This document shows positions 1-9,190 of a stretch of DNA of 48,758 bases, in pieces. A program made the translations under genes and the position numbers. Each line of letters begins with the position of its first letter. Position 1 is the first letter of the stretch. Under the pieces are notes generated by a model that was not told where the DNA came from, did not search any database, and was given only the letters and a program-made list of their open reading frames with translations. Source of the stretch: an uncultured Phycisphaeraceae bacterium (GTDB lineage: Bacteria; Planctomycetota; Phycisphaerae; Phycisphaerales; UBA1924); NCBI GenBank assembly GCA_964607595.1, contig CAZSLT010000001.1, positions 1 through 48,758 of the forward strand, in the 5' to 3' direction.

Positions 1-174
1 TCGCCCGCCGACCTCGAGTACAGCGCCGAGGACTATGAACTGCTGGCGGCCTTCATCCTGCAGCACTCCGCCGGCGCGGCGTTCGTGCTGGGCGGCGACA
101 CGAACCTGCACATCGGTGACCCGATCGGGGCGTCCTGGGACCCGGCCATGGACCACAAGCACGCCCCCGCCTGA
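1..174 (+). CDS. 3' end of a CDS that begins upstream of the window; product unknown. The C-terminal ...FVLGGDTNLHIGDP... weakly recalls the GDxN motif of endonuclease/exonuclease/phosphatase-fold enzymes.
   Basis: Frame 1 is open from base 1 to TGA at 172-174. Almost every codon ends in G/C (only tat, gaa, ggt do not), which is the coding signature here. It is absent from the ORF track because no start codon lies inside the window. Confidence 0.5.
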   Translation, partial: SPADLEYSAEDYELLAAFILQHSAGAAFVLGGDTNLHIGDPIGASWDPAMDHKHAPA

Positions 175-177
175 ATC

Positions 178-195
178 GGAGGGCCGTCCCCCTCC
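178..195 (+). terminator. Possible stem-loop terminator after the partial CDS
   Basis: GGAGGG(178-183)-CCGTCC-CCCTCC(190-195), a 6-bp GC-rich hairpin 4 nt after the stop codon. No U-tract follows, so it is weak. Confidence 0.2.
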
Positions 196-339
196 GAACC
201 CATACTGACCGTTCGTTGCATGCCTCTGGCTGAAGCGCTACTGTTGCGCCGTCGCCACGGGTCACAGCGGGCCGATTTGGACGGGTGATGTTTGGGGTAT
301 ACGGTGGAGGCGCTACGCGATGATCGAGGAGCCCGAAAG

Positions 340-1140
340 ATGACCAACCACGCCGCCACGCCCTCCGGGATCCCCGATGTGCAATCATTCGCGGATAGCC
401 GTCGGATCGCGATCGACAAGGTCGGCGTGAAGAATGTGTCGTTCCCCCTGACGCTGCGGACCCGCGAGGGGGGGACGCAGTCCACTGTGGCGTCGATCAA
501 CATGTATGTGGCCCTGCCCCACCACAAGAAGGGCACCCACATGAGCCGATTTCTCGAGGTCCTCAATGAGTACGCCCGCCCGCTCTCGCCGGACTGCATC
601 GGCGTCGTGGCGGGCGCGATCCGCGAGCGGCTCGAGGCGGCCCAGGCCCACCTGGAGATCAAGTTCCCGTACTTCATCGAGAAAAAGGCGCCGGTCACGG
701 GCGCACCCGGGCTGATGGACTACCAGGTCGTCTTCTCGGTGGACTCCAACTCCCACACCGACCTGCAGATGGCCGTCAGGGCCCCGGCCACCAGTCTGTG
801 CCCATGCTCGAAGGAGATCAGCGCCTACGGGGCCCACAACCAGCGGTGCGAGATCGAGGCGAATATCCGGATGAAGGAGACGGTCTGGATCGAAGACCTG
901 GCCGAGATGCTCGAGCGGTCGGCTTCGGCGCCCGTGTACGCGGTCCTCAAGCGTCCGGACGAAAAATTCGTCACCGAACAGGCGTACGACCACCCGAAGT
1001 TCGTCGAGGACATCGTCCGCGACCTGGCCCTCATCCTCGATCAGGATGACCGGATCTCGTGGTATTCCATCAACTCCGAGAACTTCGAGTCGATCCACAA
1101 CCACAACGCCTACGCGCAGATCACGCGCGACAAGCGGTAG
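340..1140 (+). CDS. folE2: GTP cyclohydrolase FolE2 (type IB, MptA/FolE2 family)
   Basis: Translation carries ...HHKKGTHMSRFLEVL... and ...SLCPCSKEISAYGAHNQR..., the hallmark FolE2 motifs. I chose ATG 340 (MTNHAATPSG) because GAGGAG lies about 8 nt upstream; the ORF track starts earlier at 292. Confidence 0.85.
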   Translation: MTNHAATPSGIPDVQSFADSRRIAIDKVGVKNVSFPLTLRTREGGTQSTVASINMYVALPHHKKGTHMSRFLEVLNEYARPLSPDCIGVVAGAIRERLEAAQAHLEIKFPYFIEKKAPVTGAPGLMDYQVVFSVDSNSHTDLQMAVRAPATSLCPCSKEISAYGAHNQRCEIEANIRMKETVWIEDLAEMLERSASAPVYAVLKRPDEKFVTEQAYDHPKFVEDIVRDLALILDQDDRISWYSINSENFESIHNHNAYAQITRDKR

Positions 1141-1283
1141 GGGGTCATCCCGGTCCATCGGCATCGCAGTTCGGGGCGGAGGGGCAGGGGGGCGGCGCGG
1201 TACGATTCGGGGCGCGACGCGGGACGGACCCCGCGGCGCGGGGGAAGCGCTCCGTGCACAATGCCCGGCTTGAGTTTGGCTCG

Positions 1284-3482
1284 ATGTTTGTGCGGCGGGT
1301 GACGCTGCTGGCGGCGTGCTTTGTCGCGGCGCTTTCGGTGCTCGGCGCGCGCGCGTGGCAACTGACCATCACCGAGGGCGGCGAGTTGCTCCGGGCCTCG
1401 GAGTCGCGCCTCACCCGCGAACGATGGACGCCGACCGTGCGCGCGCGGATTCTTGATCGCAAGGGGCGCGTGCTGGCGATGGATGCCCCGGCGTTCGATC
1501 TGCAGATCGAGTACGAGATGATCACGGGCACCTGGGCGCTGACCGAGGCGGCCCGCGAGGCGCGCCGCGCGAACCGGGATCGGTGGAGCGAACTCTCGTT
1601 CGGTGAGCGCGAGGAAGTCGCGCGCGGATCGCTGCCGGAGATGGCCGACCGTGCCGAGCGGTTCTGGGACGAGACCGCCCGCGTTCTCGGCGCCGACAGG
1701 GCCGTGCTCGATGTCCGTCGCGACGAGATCCGCCGGGAGGTGCAGCGCGTCGCTTCGACGGTGTGGGCCCGGCGGCTCGAGGCCGAGCGGGCGCTGCGCG
1801 CCGAGGCCACGCTTCTGGATGTCAACGACCCCGTCGCCGAGCAGGCCCCCGACGCACTGCACACGATCTGGCGAGGGCTGACCTCCGAACAAGCGGCAGA
1901 GGTCTCGCGGATCGGGTCGTCGTTCTCCGGGGTGCGGCTCGTTCCGTCCGGCGCGCGGTCGTACCCCTACGAGTCGGTCGCGGTCGAGATCGATCGGTCA
2001 TCATTCCCCGCCCCGCTCCGCGATGAAAACTCGCCGGTGCAGTCCGTGCAGGTCCGGGGCGTGGCGACGCACCTCATCGGATGGATGCGCGAGGTCGACG
2101 CCGAGCGGCTCCGCTCCCGTCCCCGGACGCTCGGTGGCGCGGGCCCAACCGATCGCGGGTTCTACGAAGTCGGCGATCTGACGGGCCGGTACGGCGTGGA
2201 GGAAGGGTACGAGGATCGCCTGCGGGGGCTGCGGGGGCGAGTAGTGAGTCATCGCGACACCGGTGCGGAGGAAGTGGAGCCCGCCGTCCCCGGCAAGGAT
2301 GTCCAACTCACGATCGATGTGATGCTCCAGGCGCGGGTTCAGGCGCTGCTTGCCCCGGAAGTGGGGTTGGGGACGGTGCAGCCCTTCCACGAAGGAAATC
2401 AGGGCCTGGCGCTGCCGCTGGGCACGGAGTTGACCGGAGCCGCGGTCGTGCTGGATGTCGACACGGGCGAGATTCTTGCGATGGTTTCCAACCCGAGTTT
2501 TACCCGTGACGACCTGAACGAGCGTGCGGACGAGGTCTGGAACGATCCTGTGCGCGCGCCGTGGGTGAACCGTGCGATCGCCAAGCCGTACCCGCCCGGT
2601 TCGATCGTCAAGCCGCTGATTCTTTGCGCCGCGGCGTCCGGCGGTGCGCACGCGCTCTCGGCGCCGATCGAGTGCCACGGGCACTTCCTTCCGAATAATC
2701 CCAACGCCCTGCGCTGCTGGATCTACAAGCAGAACGAAGGCCGGCTGACGCATCAGATGCAGTTCGAGCGGGGCCTGTACGGCGACGAGGCAATCGCCGT
2801 TTCATGCAATATCTATTTCTACACACTCGGAAGCGAACTCGGGGCGGAGCGCATCACGGAGTGGTATCGCCGTTTGGGCGTCGGACGCGGATTCGAACTG
2901 GGGATGGGCGGGGGCGCCTTCGCGGGAGAGATCGGGACCGGCCTTGGAGTCAGCGACGCCATCATGATGGGCATGGGCCAGGGACCGGTGACATGGACGC
3001 CGCTGCACGCGGCCAACGCGTTCTGCACGCTGGCGCGCGGCGGGCTGGAGATCGAGCCGCGGATCGTGCGCGATGCGCCCGTGCGCACAAACAACCTCCG
3101 GCTGGACCCCGACGCCGTGGACACCGCGCTCAAGGGCTTGTTCGATGTGGTGCACTCGCCCTACGGCGGGGCGCGGCATTTGAGCGGCACCAACGAGCCG
3201 ATTTTCAACGCGCCGGGGGTGAGCGTCTGGGCCAAGACCGGCACCGCGGATGCGCCGGCGATCCTCGGCGACGACCCCGACGGGGCGGAAGGCCCGCTGT
3301 CGCCCCCGGTCCTGATGGCGCGCGGCGATCACTCGTGGCTCGTCCTGCTGGTCGGGCCGGAAGGCGGGCTTCCGCGCTACGCCGTGGCGGTGATCACGGA
3401 GTACGCCGGCAGCGGCTCGCGGGTGTCGGGGCCGATCGCCAACCAGGTGATCCACGCGCTCATCGCCGAGGGGTACCTGTGA
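1284..3482 (+). CDS. mrdA: Penicillin-binding protein 2 (elongasome class B transpeptidase)
   Basis: N-terminal membrane anchor MFVRRVTLLAACFVAALSVLGA. Transpeptidase motifs SxxK (GSIVKP), SxN (SCN) and KTG (AKTGTA). It is immediately followed by rodA. Start ATG 1284 was chosen inside the longer ORF 1059..3482, which would otherwise overlap folE2. Confidence 0.9.
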   Translation: MFVRRVTLLAACFVAALSVLGARAWQLTITEGGELLRASESRLTRERWTPTVRARILDRKGRVLAMDAPAFDLQIEYEMITGTWALTEAAREARRANRDRWSELSFGEREEVARGSLPEMADRAERFWDETARVLGADRAVLDVRRDEIRREVQRVASTVWARRLEAERALRAEATLLDVNDPVAEQAPDALHTIWRGLTSEQAAEVSRIGSSFSGVRLVPSGARSYPYESVAVEIDRSSFPAPLRDENSPVQSVQVRGVATHLIGWMREVDAERLRSRPRTLGGAGPTDRGFYEVGDLTGRYGVEEGYEDRLRGLRGRVVSHRDTGAEEVEPAVPGKDVQLTIDVMLQARVQALLAPEVGLGTVQPFHEGNQGLALPLGTELTGAAVVLDVDTGEILAMVSNPSFTRDDLNERADEVWNDPVRAPWVNRAIAKPYPPGSIVKPLILCAAASGGAHALSAPIECHGHFLPNNPNALRCWIYKQNEGRLTHQMQFERGLYGDEAIAVSCNIYFYTLGSELGAERITEWYRRLGVGRGFELGMGGGAFAGEIGTGLGVSDAIMMGMGQGPVTWTPLHAANAFCTLARGGLEIEPRIVRDAPVRTNNLRLDPDAVDTALKGLFDVVHSPYGGARHLSGTNEPIFNAPGVSVWAKTGTADAPAILGDDPDGAEGPLSPPVLMARGDHSWLVLLVGPEGGLPRYAVAVITEYAGSGSRVSGPIANQVIHALIAEGYL

Positions 3483-4813
3483 GGGACCTGTGGCAGATCA
3501 AGGAGGCGTGGAGGAAGGTCGAGCCGGTCCGCCCGACGAAAGTAGTCTCCGGCGGCGGTGGCGGTGGCGACGGGGCTGGCGAGGAGGATGACGAGCACGA
3601 GACTCGGATGACCACGCCGTCGAGGATCGCGTGGCGCAACCCCGGGTGGCTCGTGCTGGCGTCCTCGCTGCTGCTGACGGTGATCGGCCTCCATGCGATC
3701 ACGATCAGTTCCGGATTGGAACATGTGGCGATCTCGTCGTACGCCAAGAAACAGCTCATCTTCGCGATGGTTGGGGTGATCGCGGCGGGCGTCGTCATGA
3801 TCCCGCACTACCGCTGGGCGGCACGGCTGGCTTGGCCCGCGTCGGCGCTGACGGTGGCGCTACTCGTCTTCGTGCTGATTCCGTTCGTGCCGGACGCGCT
3901 GGTCCGGCCCCGCAACGGGGCGCGCCGGTGGATCAATCTGGGCGTGGCCGACTTTCAGCCCAGTGAACTCGCCAAGATCGTCTTCGTGGTGGTGGTGGCC
4001 CAGGCGCTCGAACGGACGCGGCGGCACCGCGAGTACAAGGGGCTGGTGGTGATTGGCGTGGCGGCGCTGGTGCCGATCGGCCTGATCCTGATCGAACCGG
4101 ACCTGGGGACCTCGCTCCTCTTCGTGCCGACGCTGCTGGCGATGCTGGTGGCCGCGGGCGCGAAGATGCGGCACCTGATGTTGACCGGCGCGGCCGGGTC
4201 GGTGTTCGCGGGTGTCATTGTGGCCGCGAGTCTGGTGTTCGCGGCGCGGGGCGAGTACCCGCTGCTCCGGCCGCACCAGGTGGTGCGGATCCAGGCGGTG
4301 ATCGACGACATGCGCGGGGACGACCGGCACCGCGACGAACGGGGCTTCCAGGGCTGGCAATCCCGGGCGCTGGGTGGCGCCGGGGGCCTGACCGGGCACT
4401 CGGAGACGCGGAGCCGCGCCCTGGTCTACTTCAGCGCGCTGCCCGAGCGGCACAACGACATGATCTTCCCCGTGATCATGAACCGGTTCGGTCTGCTGGG
4501 GGCGTTGGGCGTGTTGGCGCTTTACGGGGTGTGGGTCATCGGGGCCGGGGCGGTGGCGGTGATGTGTAAGGACGGCTTTGGCCGGCTCATGGTCATCGGG
4601 CTGGCGTCCATGACGGCGACCCAGGCGAGCATCAACATGGGGATGACGATGGGCCTCTTCCCGATCACCGGGATGACCCTTCCCTTCGTGTCCTACGGCG
4701 GCTCGAGTCTGCTGATGGGGTTCCTGATGGTGGGGATGATCATGAGCGTGGCGATCCGCCGTCCGCCGTACCTGTGGAAAGAGAGCTTCGAGTTCGGCGG
4801 CGAACGGGCTTGA
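3479..4813 (+). CDS. rodA: SEDS peptidoglycan polymerase RodA (FtsW/RodA/SpoVE family)
   Basis: About 10 hydrophobic helices. Motifs: QPSELAKI, DLGTSLLF, and the C-terminal PITGMTLPFVSYGGSSLL SEDS signature. GTG 3479 overlaps the mrdA stop as GTGA, and codons 3479-3607 keep high GC3 with roughly 50% GC2 (coding-like). The alternative conservative start is ATG 3608 (MTTPSRIAW). Confidence 0.85.
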   Translation: MRDLWQIKEAWRKVEPVRPTKVVSGGGGGGDGAGEEDDEHETRMTTPSRIAWRNPGWLVLASSLLLTVIGLHAITISSGLEHVAISSYAKKQLIFAMVGVIAAGVVMIPHYRWAARLAWPASALTVALLVFVLIPFVPDALVRPRNGARRWINLGVADFQPSELAKIVFVVVVAQALERTRRHREYKGLVVIGVAALVPIGLILIEPDLGTSLLFVPTLLAMLVAAGAKMRHLMLTGAAGSVFAGVIVAASLVFAARGEYPLLRPHQVVRIQAVIDDMRGDDRHRDERGFQGWQSRALGGAGGLTGHSETRSRALVYFSALPERHNDMIFPVIMNRFGLLGALGVLALYGVWVIGAGAVAVMCKDGFGRLMVIGLASMTATQASINMGMTMGLFPITGMTLPFVSYGGSSLLMGFLMVGMIMSVAIRRPPYLWKESFEFGGERA

Positions 4814-4833
4814 GGCCGCGTACCCTACAGGCC

Positions 4834-5607
4834 ATGCCCAGCCGCGAGGAACGAGCGCCGATCGAGTTCACCATCGATGTCGCCGCGCTGGCGCCGACGG
4901 CGGAGTTTCTCGGCGCGGCCGAGGGGTTCGGGCTGTCGTTCGAGGAGGGGGAGATCGAGCGGCTCGGCAGGTTCCTGGCGCTGCTGCTGTCCGCCAACGA
5001 GCAGTGCAATCTCACCTCGATCACCGATCCCGCGCAGGCGTGGATGAAGCACATCTTCGACTCGCTGACGCTCATCCCGCTTCTGAGCGAGATCGAGGAG
5101 GGCGGGTCGGTGGCCGACATCGGCAGCGGCGGCGGCGTGCCGGCGATCCCGCTGGCGATCTGCATGCCCTGGCTGCGGTTCACGATGTTCGAGTCCACCG
5201 GGAAGAAGGCGAGATTCCTGCAGTCCGCGGTCGCGGCACTTGGGACGGCCAACGCCCGGGTGGAGAACCTCCGCGCCGAGGAAGCGGGGCAGGACCACCG
5301 GACGCACCGCGAGAAGTACGACGCGGTGACGGCCCGCGCACTGGGCCGGATCGTGGTCGCGGCGGAGTTGACCGTTCCGCTGGCGAAACTGGGCGGCGGT
5401 CGCGTGCTGCTGATCAAGGGCGAACGCGCCGACGAGGAGCTCGTCGAGGCGAAGCCGGCGCTGCATCTGCTCCACGCGGTCCACGCCGGCACGGTCGAAA
5501 CACCCACCGGCCGGATCGTGGTGCTGACGCACGAGCGATCGACGCCCCGCGACTATCCGCGCCGGGCCGGCGAGCCCAAACGCCGCCCGCTGGGGCTGAC
5601 GCGGTGA
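4834..5607 (+). CDS. rsmG: 16S rRNA (guanine527-N7)-methyltransferase RsmG/GidB
   Basis: NLTSITDPAQAWMKHIFDSL and the SAM-binding DIGSGGGVPAIPLAI motif, typical of RsmG. Start ATG 4834 is 21 nt after the rodA stop. Confidence 0.8.
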   Translation: MPSREERAPIEFTIDVAALAPTAEFLGAAEGFGLSFEEGEIERLGRFLALLLSANEQCNLTSITDPAQAWMKHIFDSLTLIPLLSEIEEGGSVADIGSGGGVPAIPLAICMPWLRFTMFESTGKKARFLQSAVAALGTANARVENLRAEEAGQDHRTHREKYDAVTARALGRIVVAAELTVPLAKLGGGRVLLIKGERADEELVEAKPALHLLHAVHAGTVETPTGRIVVLTHERSTPRDYPRRAGEPKRRPLGLTR

Positions 5608-7682
5608 GTGAGGGCGCGGGTGAGGTCGTCGGGTCGGCGGGGAAGTGGCTTGGCATCGACGGGCTCGTCGCGCGTGCCCTCGGCGGCGGGTTCGAGCCCC
5701 GTCCGCAGCAGGTCGAGATGGCCGACGCGATCGAGCGCGCGATGGAGAGCCGTTCGACCCTCATGGTGGAGGCGGGCACGGGGGTCGGCAAATCATTCGC
5801 GTACCTCGCCCCCGCGATCGAGCGGATCCTCTCCCGGGGGGAACGAGTCATCGTCGCGACCAACACGATCGCACTGCAGGAGCAGCTCGTCCGCAAGGAT
5901 GTGCCGACGCTTATCGCAGCGCTCGGGGATGACGACCGGGGCCGCGTGCACGCGGAACTGGTCAAGGGTCGCGGCAACTATGTCTCGATCCGCCGGCTGA
6001 TGATGGCCTCGAAGCGGCAGGACCGGCTCTTCACCAACGACGCGGCCCGACGGTCGCTCCATGTCGTCGAGGACTGGGCGTACACCACGCAGGACGGAAC
6101 GCTCTCGAGCATGCCCACGCTGGAGCGCCCGGGCGTGTGGGACAAGGTCCAGTCGGACTCGGGCAACTGCATGGGTCGGAAGTGCCCGATGCACGATCGC
6201 TGCTTCTATCAGAAGGCGCGGCAGCGTATGGCGCGGGCGGACCTGCTGATCTGCAACCACGCGTTGTTCTTCTCCGATCTGGCCCTGCGCGCCGGCGGCG
6301 TCGGCTTCCTGCCCGATTGTCAGCACATCATCCTGGATGAAGCGCACAACATCGAGGATGTGGCGTCCGAGCACTTCGGCTTGTCGATCAGCGAGGGCCG
6401 GGTGATGCACCTGCTCTCGACGCTCTACGCCCCGTCATCGCACCGCGGGTACTTATCTTCGATGCTCGCCCCGGACACCGGTCTGCTCGACTCGACCATC
6501 CGGCTCGTGCTGGATGCCCACGACGCGGCCAGGACATTCTTCGCCGCCCTCCGCGGGATGACCCCGCGTGGCGCTGTTGGCGGTTCGGTGCGAGTCAACC
6601 GCGCCGATGAGATCGAAGACTCCATCTCGCATGTCTTCGCCCGCGTGGCGCTCTCGATGCGCCGGCTGCGCGAACTGGAACTGCCGGAGGAAGATCGATT
6701 CGAGCTCAATTCGTACGCGGAGCGCGCCGAAGCGATCGCGGTCGAGGCGCGGATGCTTTGCGCGCAGGAACTGCCGGGGTGCGTGTACTGGGTCGAGGGT
6801 GGGGGGGGCGGCGGGGCGGGGGGCGATGGCACGGCCGCGCGGGGACCGGATGACGGGCCGCCTCGGGTGGCATTCGCGTGCTCGCCGATCGATGTGGCGC
6901 CGGTCCTGAGAGAGCACCTGTTCACCGGGGAGCGTTCGGTCATCCTGACCTCGGCGACGCTCGCGTCGGGGACCGGCGCATCACGGTTCGCGCACGCCAA
7001 ATCCAGACTGGGCTGCGATGAGGCCGAGACGATGGCGCTGGGCAGCCCCTTCGACCACGCGGCACAAGCGGAGTTGCATGTCGACCCGACGATGCCCGAC
7101 CCGCGGGCCGCGGAGTATGTCCGGGCGCTGTCGGAGCGTGTGATCTCGCATGTCCGCGCCACGGACGGCGGCGCGTTCGTGCTGTTCACAAGCTTCCGGA
7201 CGATGCACGAAGTGGCCGACGCGGTCCGTGCGGCGCTCGAGGACCGGGGCCACCCGGTGATGGTGCAGGGACGGGACGGCGCGCGCAGCACGATCCTCGA
7301 GCGATTCCGGCTCGACGAGCGGAGCGTGCTGTTCGGCACGGCGTCGTTCTGGCAGGGGGTCGATGTCAAGGGCCGCGGCCTGCGGAATGTGATCATCACG
7401 CGGCTCCCGTTCGATCCCCCGGACCGCCCGATCACGCAGGCGCGGCTGGAAGCGATCGAGGCGCGGGGCGGCAACCCGTTCATGGAGGACTCGCTGCCCC
7501 GCGCCGTGATCCGATTCCGTCAGGGCTTCGGGCGGCTGATCCGTGGGGCGTCGGATCGGGGGCGCGTCGTCGTGCTCGATCCCCGCATCGCCACCGCGCG
7601 GTACGGGCGTGTGTTCTTCGAGGCGCTCCCGCCCGGTGTCCGGGTGCTCGGGGCCGAGGGCGAGGTCCTCAAAGCGCCGTAA
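5604..7682 (+). CDS. dinG: DinG/XPD-family ATP-dependent DNA helicase (Fe-S type)
   Basis: Motif I EAGTGVGKS and motif II ILDEAHNIED. A Cys cluster GNCMGRKCPMHDRCF...LICNH lies between them, consistent with the 4Fe-4S domain. C-terminal helicase motifs: TSATL, FWQGVD, GRLIR. GTG 5604 overlaps the rsmG stop (GTGA). The ORF-track N-terminus (5004-5603) is an Arg-rich out-of-frame overlap with rsmG. Confidence 0.85.
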   Translation: MSEGAGEVVGSAGKWLGIDGLVARALGGGFEPRPQQVEMADAIERAMESRSTLMVEAGTGVGKSFAYLAPAIERILSRGERVIVATNTIALQEQLVRKDVPTLIAALGDDDRGRVHAELVKGRGNYVSIRRLMMASKRQDRLFTNDAARRSLHVVEDWAYTTQDGTLSSMPTLERPGVWDKVQSDSGNCMGRKCPMHDRCFYQKARQRMARADLLICNHALFFSDLALRAGGVGFLPDCQHIILDEAHNIEDVASEHFGLSISEGRVMHLLSTLYAPSSHRGYLSSMLAPDTGLLDSTIRLVLDAHDAARTFFAALRGMTPRGAVGGSVRVNRADEIEDSISHVFARVALSMRRLRELELPEEDRFELNSYAERAEAIAVEARMLCAQELPGCVYWVEGGGGGGAGGDGTAARGPDDGPPRVAFACSPIDVAPVLREHLFTGERSVILTSATLASGTGASRFAHAKSRLGCDEAETMALGSPFDHAAQAELHVDPTMPDPRAAEYVRALSERVISHVRATDGGAFVLFTSFRTMHEVADAVRAALEDRGHPVMVQGRDGARSTILERFRLDERSVLFGTASFWQGVDVKGRGLRNVIITRLPFDPPDRPITQARLEAIEARGGNPFMEDSLPRAVIRFRQGFGRLIRGASDRGRVVVLDPRIATARYGRVFFEALPPGVRVLGAEGEVLKAP

Positions 7683-7755
7683 CCCGTCACGCCGGACTTG
7701 AGGGTGTATTCTGTGGCCGCGGCCAGCGCCCGCGGAAGGAGTCGAAGAGGATCAC

Positions 7756-9168
7756 ATGCTCGGCAAAGTCTTCAAGGCGTACGACATCCGCTCGACCTAT
7801 CCCGATCCGCTCAACGAGAGCTTGGCGTGGCAGATCGGCTTTGGCGTGGCGACACTGCTGCTGGAGGAGTCGCGTGCGGCCGGTGACGCCAGCCCGATGG
7901 GCCGGACGATCTGCGTCGGCCACGACATGCGCAAGAGCAGCCCGAAACTGCGGGACGCCCTGTGCCGCGGGTTGCTCGACGGCGGGGCGAGCGTGATCGA
8001 CCTCGGGCTGGTGGACACGCCCTTCGTGTATTTCGCGATCAATCACCTCGGGTGCGCCGGCGGCGTGCAGGTGACGGCGAGCCACAACCCGCCGCAGTAC
8101 AACGGATTCAAGGTGTCGCGCCGTCAGGCCAAGCCGGTCGGCGAGGCGACCGGGCTCTCACGGGTGCGCGAGATCGCCGCCACAGTCGATACCGGCCTCA
8201 AGGGCAAGGGTGCCGGGAGCGTCGAGAAGCGCGACCTGTGGGACGCGTACCGCGCGCATGTGCTGAAGTTTGTGGACACCGGCGGGAAGAAGATCCGTGT
8301 GGCGGTGGACGCATCCAACGGCATGGCCGGGACGATGACTCCCAAAGTCTTCGGTAAGAACGGCTCGGGTATCCCCGGGCTTGAGATCGTCGAGTTGTAC
8401 TTCGACAACTCCAAGGGCGAATTCGTCCACGAGCCGAATCCGCTGGTGGCCGCGAACCTGCGCGATCTGCGGAGGCTCGTCGTGGAGAAGAAGGCGGACT
8501 TCGGCGTGTGCTTCGATGGCGACGCCGACCGGCTGATGGTCGTCGATGAGACCGGCGGGATCGTCGGGTGCGATCACCTGACCGCGTTCCTCGGTGCGCA
8601 CTTCCTGGCGTCGAGCAAGGGATCGGCGGTCGTGTACGACCTGCGGTCGAGCAAGTCGGTCGAGGAGGACATCCAGCGGGCGGGCGGCCGGCCGGTGCGA
8701 TCGCGTGTCGGGCATGTGTTCATGAAGGCGAATCTGGCCGAGACCGGCGGCGTGTTCGGCGGCGAACTCAGCGGCCACTTCTACTTCCGCGACAACTTCT
8801 TCGCGGACTCCGGCGCCATCGCGCTGGCGGTGCTGCTGACGGCCTATGCGAAGGCCGGCAAACCGATGAGCGGGATCATCGCGCCGATCTCGCGCTTCCA
8901 CCAGTCCGGCGAGATCAACTTCGAGGTTGAGGACAAGGACGGCGCCCTGCGGGCGCTGGAGGAGGCCTGCGGCGGCGACGGCGCCCGGATCGATCACCTC
9001 GACGGCGTGACGATCGACCGCTTCGGCGCCGACGGCTGGTGGTGCAATGTCCGCAAGAGCAACACCGAGCCCCTGCTGCGACTGAATCTCGAGGCGCGCG
9101 ACAACGCGACGATGGAGCGGGCCCTGGCGCGGGTGACGCCGATGCTCGGCAAGCGGGTCGATCACTGA
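7756..9168 (+). CDS. Phosphomannomutase/phosphoglucomutase (alpha-D-phosphohexomutase)
   Basis: Active-site loop TASHNPPQYNGFK, metal site FDGDADR, sugar loop GGELSGH, and a C-terminal phosphate-binding RKSNTEP-like motif. Confidence 0.9.
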   Translation: MLGKVFKAYDIRSTYPDPLNESLAWQIGFGVATLLLEESRAAGDASPMGRTICVGHDMRKSSPKLRDALCRGLLDGGASVIDLGLVDTPFVYFAINHLGCAGGVQVTASHNPPQYNGFKVSRRQAKPVGEATGLSRVREIAATVDTGLKGKGAGSVEKRDLWDAYRAHVLKFVDTGGKKIRVAVDASNGMAGTMTPKVFGKNGSGIPGLEIVELYFDNSKGEFVHEPNPLVAANLRDLRRLVVEKKADFGVCFDGDADRLMVVDETGGIVGCDHLTAFLGAHFLASSKGSAVVYDLRSSKSVEEDIQRAGGRPVRSRVGHVFMKANLAETGGVFGGELSGHFYFRDNFFADSGAIALAVLLTAYAKAGKPMSGIIAPISRFHQSGEINFEVEDKDGALRALEEACGGDGARIDHLDGVTIDRFGADGWWCNVRKSNTEPLLRLNLEARDNATMERALARVTPMLGKRVDH

Positions 9169-9190
9169 TGACGCACGGAGCGGCGGGCGA

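Noticed and set aside
2804-3478. Upstream part of ORF 2804..4813, which would give a 669-aa RodA.
   Set aside because: It overlaps the transpeptidase domain of mrdA in another frame and translates to Arg/Gly-rich low-complexity sequence. The RodA signal begins at 3479/3608.
5004-5603. N-terminal 200 codons of ORF 5004..7682, which would give an 892-aa DinG.
   Set aside because: The segment is an Arg/Gly-rich out-of-frame overlap with the well-supported rsmG. Helicase similarity begins only after GTG 5604, which overlaps the rsmG stop.
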